Part shown: one piece after another, positions 63,114-64,000 of the stretch
Numbering within the stretch: position 1 is the stretch's first letter
Layout of the letters: the number at the start of each line of letters is the position of its first letter
Sequence record: LC819007.1
Length of the DNA: 64,000 nucleotides
Direction: 5' to 3' (one strand)
Translations under genes and position numbers: made by a program
The notes under the pieces: model-generated
What the model was told of the DNA's origin: nothing
What the model saw: only the letters and a program-made list of their open reading frames with translations
Database searches by the model: none

Positions 63114-64000
63114 ATGTCATCGAAAAAAGTAGAGATTGCCAAGGAAGACATCGCCGGCATTGAATGCCGTCACGTCGTGTTTATTCCTCCTTCCAACGAC
63201 TCACCGGACGACTATCACTTAATCAAAGAAGTAATCCACACCAAAGACGGCAAGCGGGTGCCGAATGTGCGGATCGTGAAGAACTACCAGCGCCCCTTCT
63301 GGATTGCTAAGGAAGGGTTCCGTCGCTACAAGCAGAAGAAGGAATGGGAGGATATCTCCAAGCTGAAGGAATTCCGTTGCCCCCAGTCTCAACTGGTCGA
63401 GCGCGCCTCCAAAGCGTTGGGGATCTTCAAGCCTCCCCGGAGTCTGAAACAACTGTCCCGCAGTCCTTACCTGTATGGTTCGGACATTCTGTCGACTTCG
63501 GTCATCAAGCAGGAAGTCTACCGGGATCGCTGGCCTGAACTGAATACACCGTCCAGTATCGCTGCCTCGGATACGGAAACGGACATGATCAAGGGTCATG
63601 GTCGCGTGATCATGCAGACCGTGTCGTACAAAAACAAGGTCTACACGGCGGTGGTGCGGGAGTTCCTGGAACAAGTCGGTGGGGATGACAAGTTTAAGAT
63701 CGAGAAGTGCAAGGAAGCGCTGATCAAGTATCTGGACGTGGACGAGCCGGTCTTCGAGAAGGACGGTAAGACTCCGGTGCTCAATAAGGACGGCACGCCG
63801 AAGGTCACTAACGTCTTCCGGGATCGCAAGCTGGAATGGGAACTGGAGTTGGTCGAGAACGACGGCGTAGCGGTCTACCGGGCGTTGCAGAAGACGCACG
63901 AGTGGCAGCCTGACTTCCTGACCTTCTGGAACATGGACTTCGACATCGGTAAGATGAAGGAGTCGCTCGATTTCCACAAGATCCCGTTGGCTGATGCGTG
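63114..64000 (+). CDS. DNA polymerase B, N-terminal/3'-5' exonuclease part (phiKZ gp82-like), runs off the window edge
   Basis: Manually translated open frame MSSKKVEIAKED...; ExoI ASDTETD and ExoII FWNMDFD; absent from ORF track because no stop in window. Confidence 0.85.
   Translation, partial: MSSKKVEIAKEDIAGIECRHVVFIPPSNDSPDDYHLIKEVIHTKDGKRVPNVRIVKNYQRPFWIAKEGFRRYKQKKEWEDISKLKEFRCPQSQLVERASKALGIFKPPRSLKQLSRSPYLYGSDILSTSVIKQEVYRDRWPELNTPSSIAASDTETDMIKGHGRVIMQTVSYKNKVYTAVVREFLEQVGGDDKFKIEKCKEALIKYLDVDEPVFEKDGKTPVLNKDGTPKVTNVFRDRKLEWELELVENDGVAVYRALQKTHEWQPDFLTFWNMDFDIGKMKESLDFHKIPLADA

Noticed and set aside
1-64000. Chimallin, PhuZ tubulin, RNA polymerase subunits, major capsid protein, tRNAs, integrase
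   Set aside because: No recognisable motifs in this window; the nucleus-forming lifestyle is inferred from synteny and protein style only

Overview
This window is part of a phiKZ-like (nucleus-forming, Chimalliviridae-type) jumbo phage genome. The GC-rich composition is compatible with a Ralstonia/Burkholderia-type host, which is an inference. From 1 to about 35 kb is a mostly minus-strand accessory/early region. It carries DHFR, thymidylate synthase, an adjacent PRPP-synthetase-like + NAMPT-like pair (NARP1-type NAD+ reconstitution), an RNA ligase, a NUDIX hydrolase, an HNH endonuclease, a TAXI-like periplasmic binding protein module, an SPFH lipoprotein, a LamG/ConA protein and many small hypothetical or membrane genes. 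A repeated early-promoter-like motif and hairpin terminators with an unusually conserved tail punctuate this region. From about 35 to 63 kb is the conserved virion block, with arrays of paralogous A-x-E-cleaved internal head proteins, a baseplate-like gene pair and an HExxH protein. The window ends in the 5' part of the PolB exonuclease gene. The best leads are the NARP1 pair, a lone plus-strand gene for an extremely acidic disordered protein with PopZ-like architecture, the TAXI/coiled-coil membrane module, a ~320-nt hairpin-rich non-coding region and the conserved terminator tail. I saw no tRNA, rRNA or CRISPR array. All family assignments come from motif recognition and remembered synteny, not from database searches.
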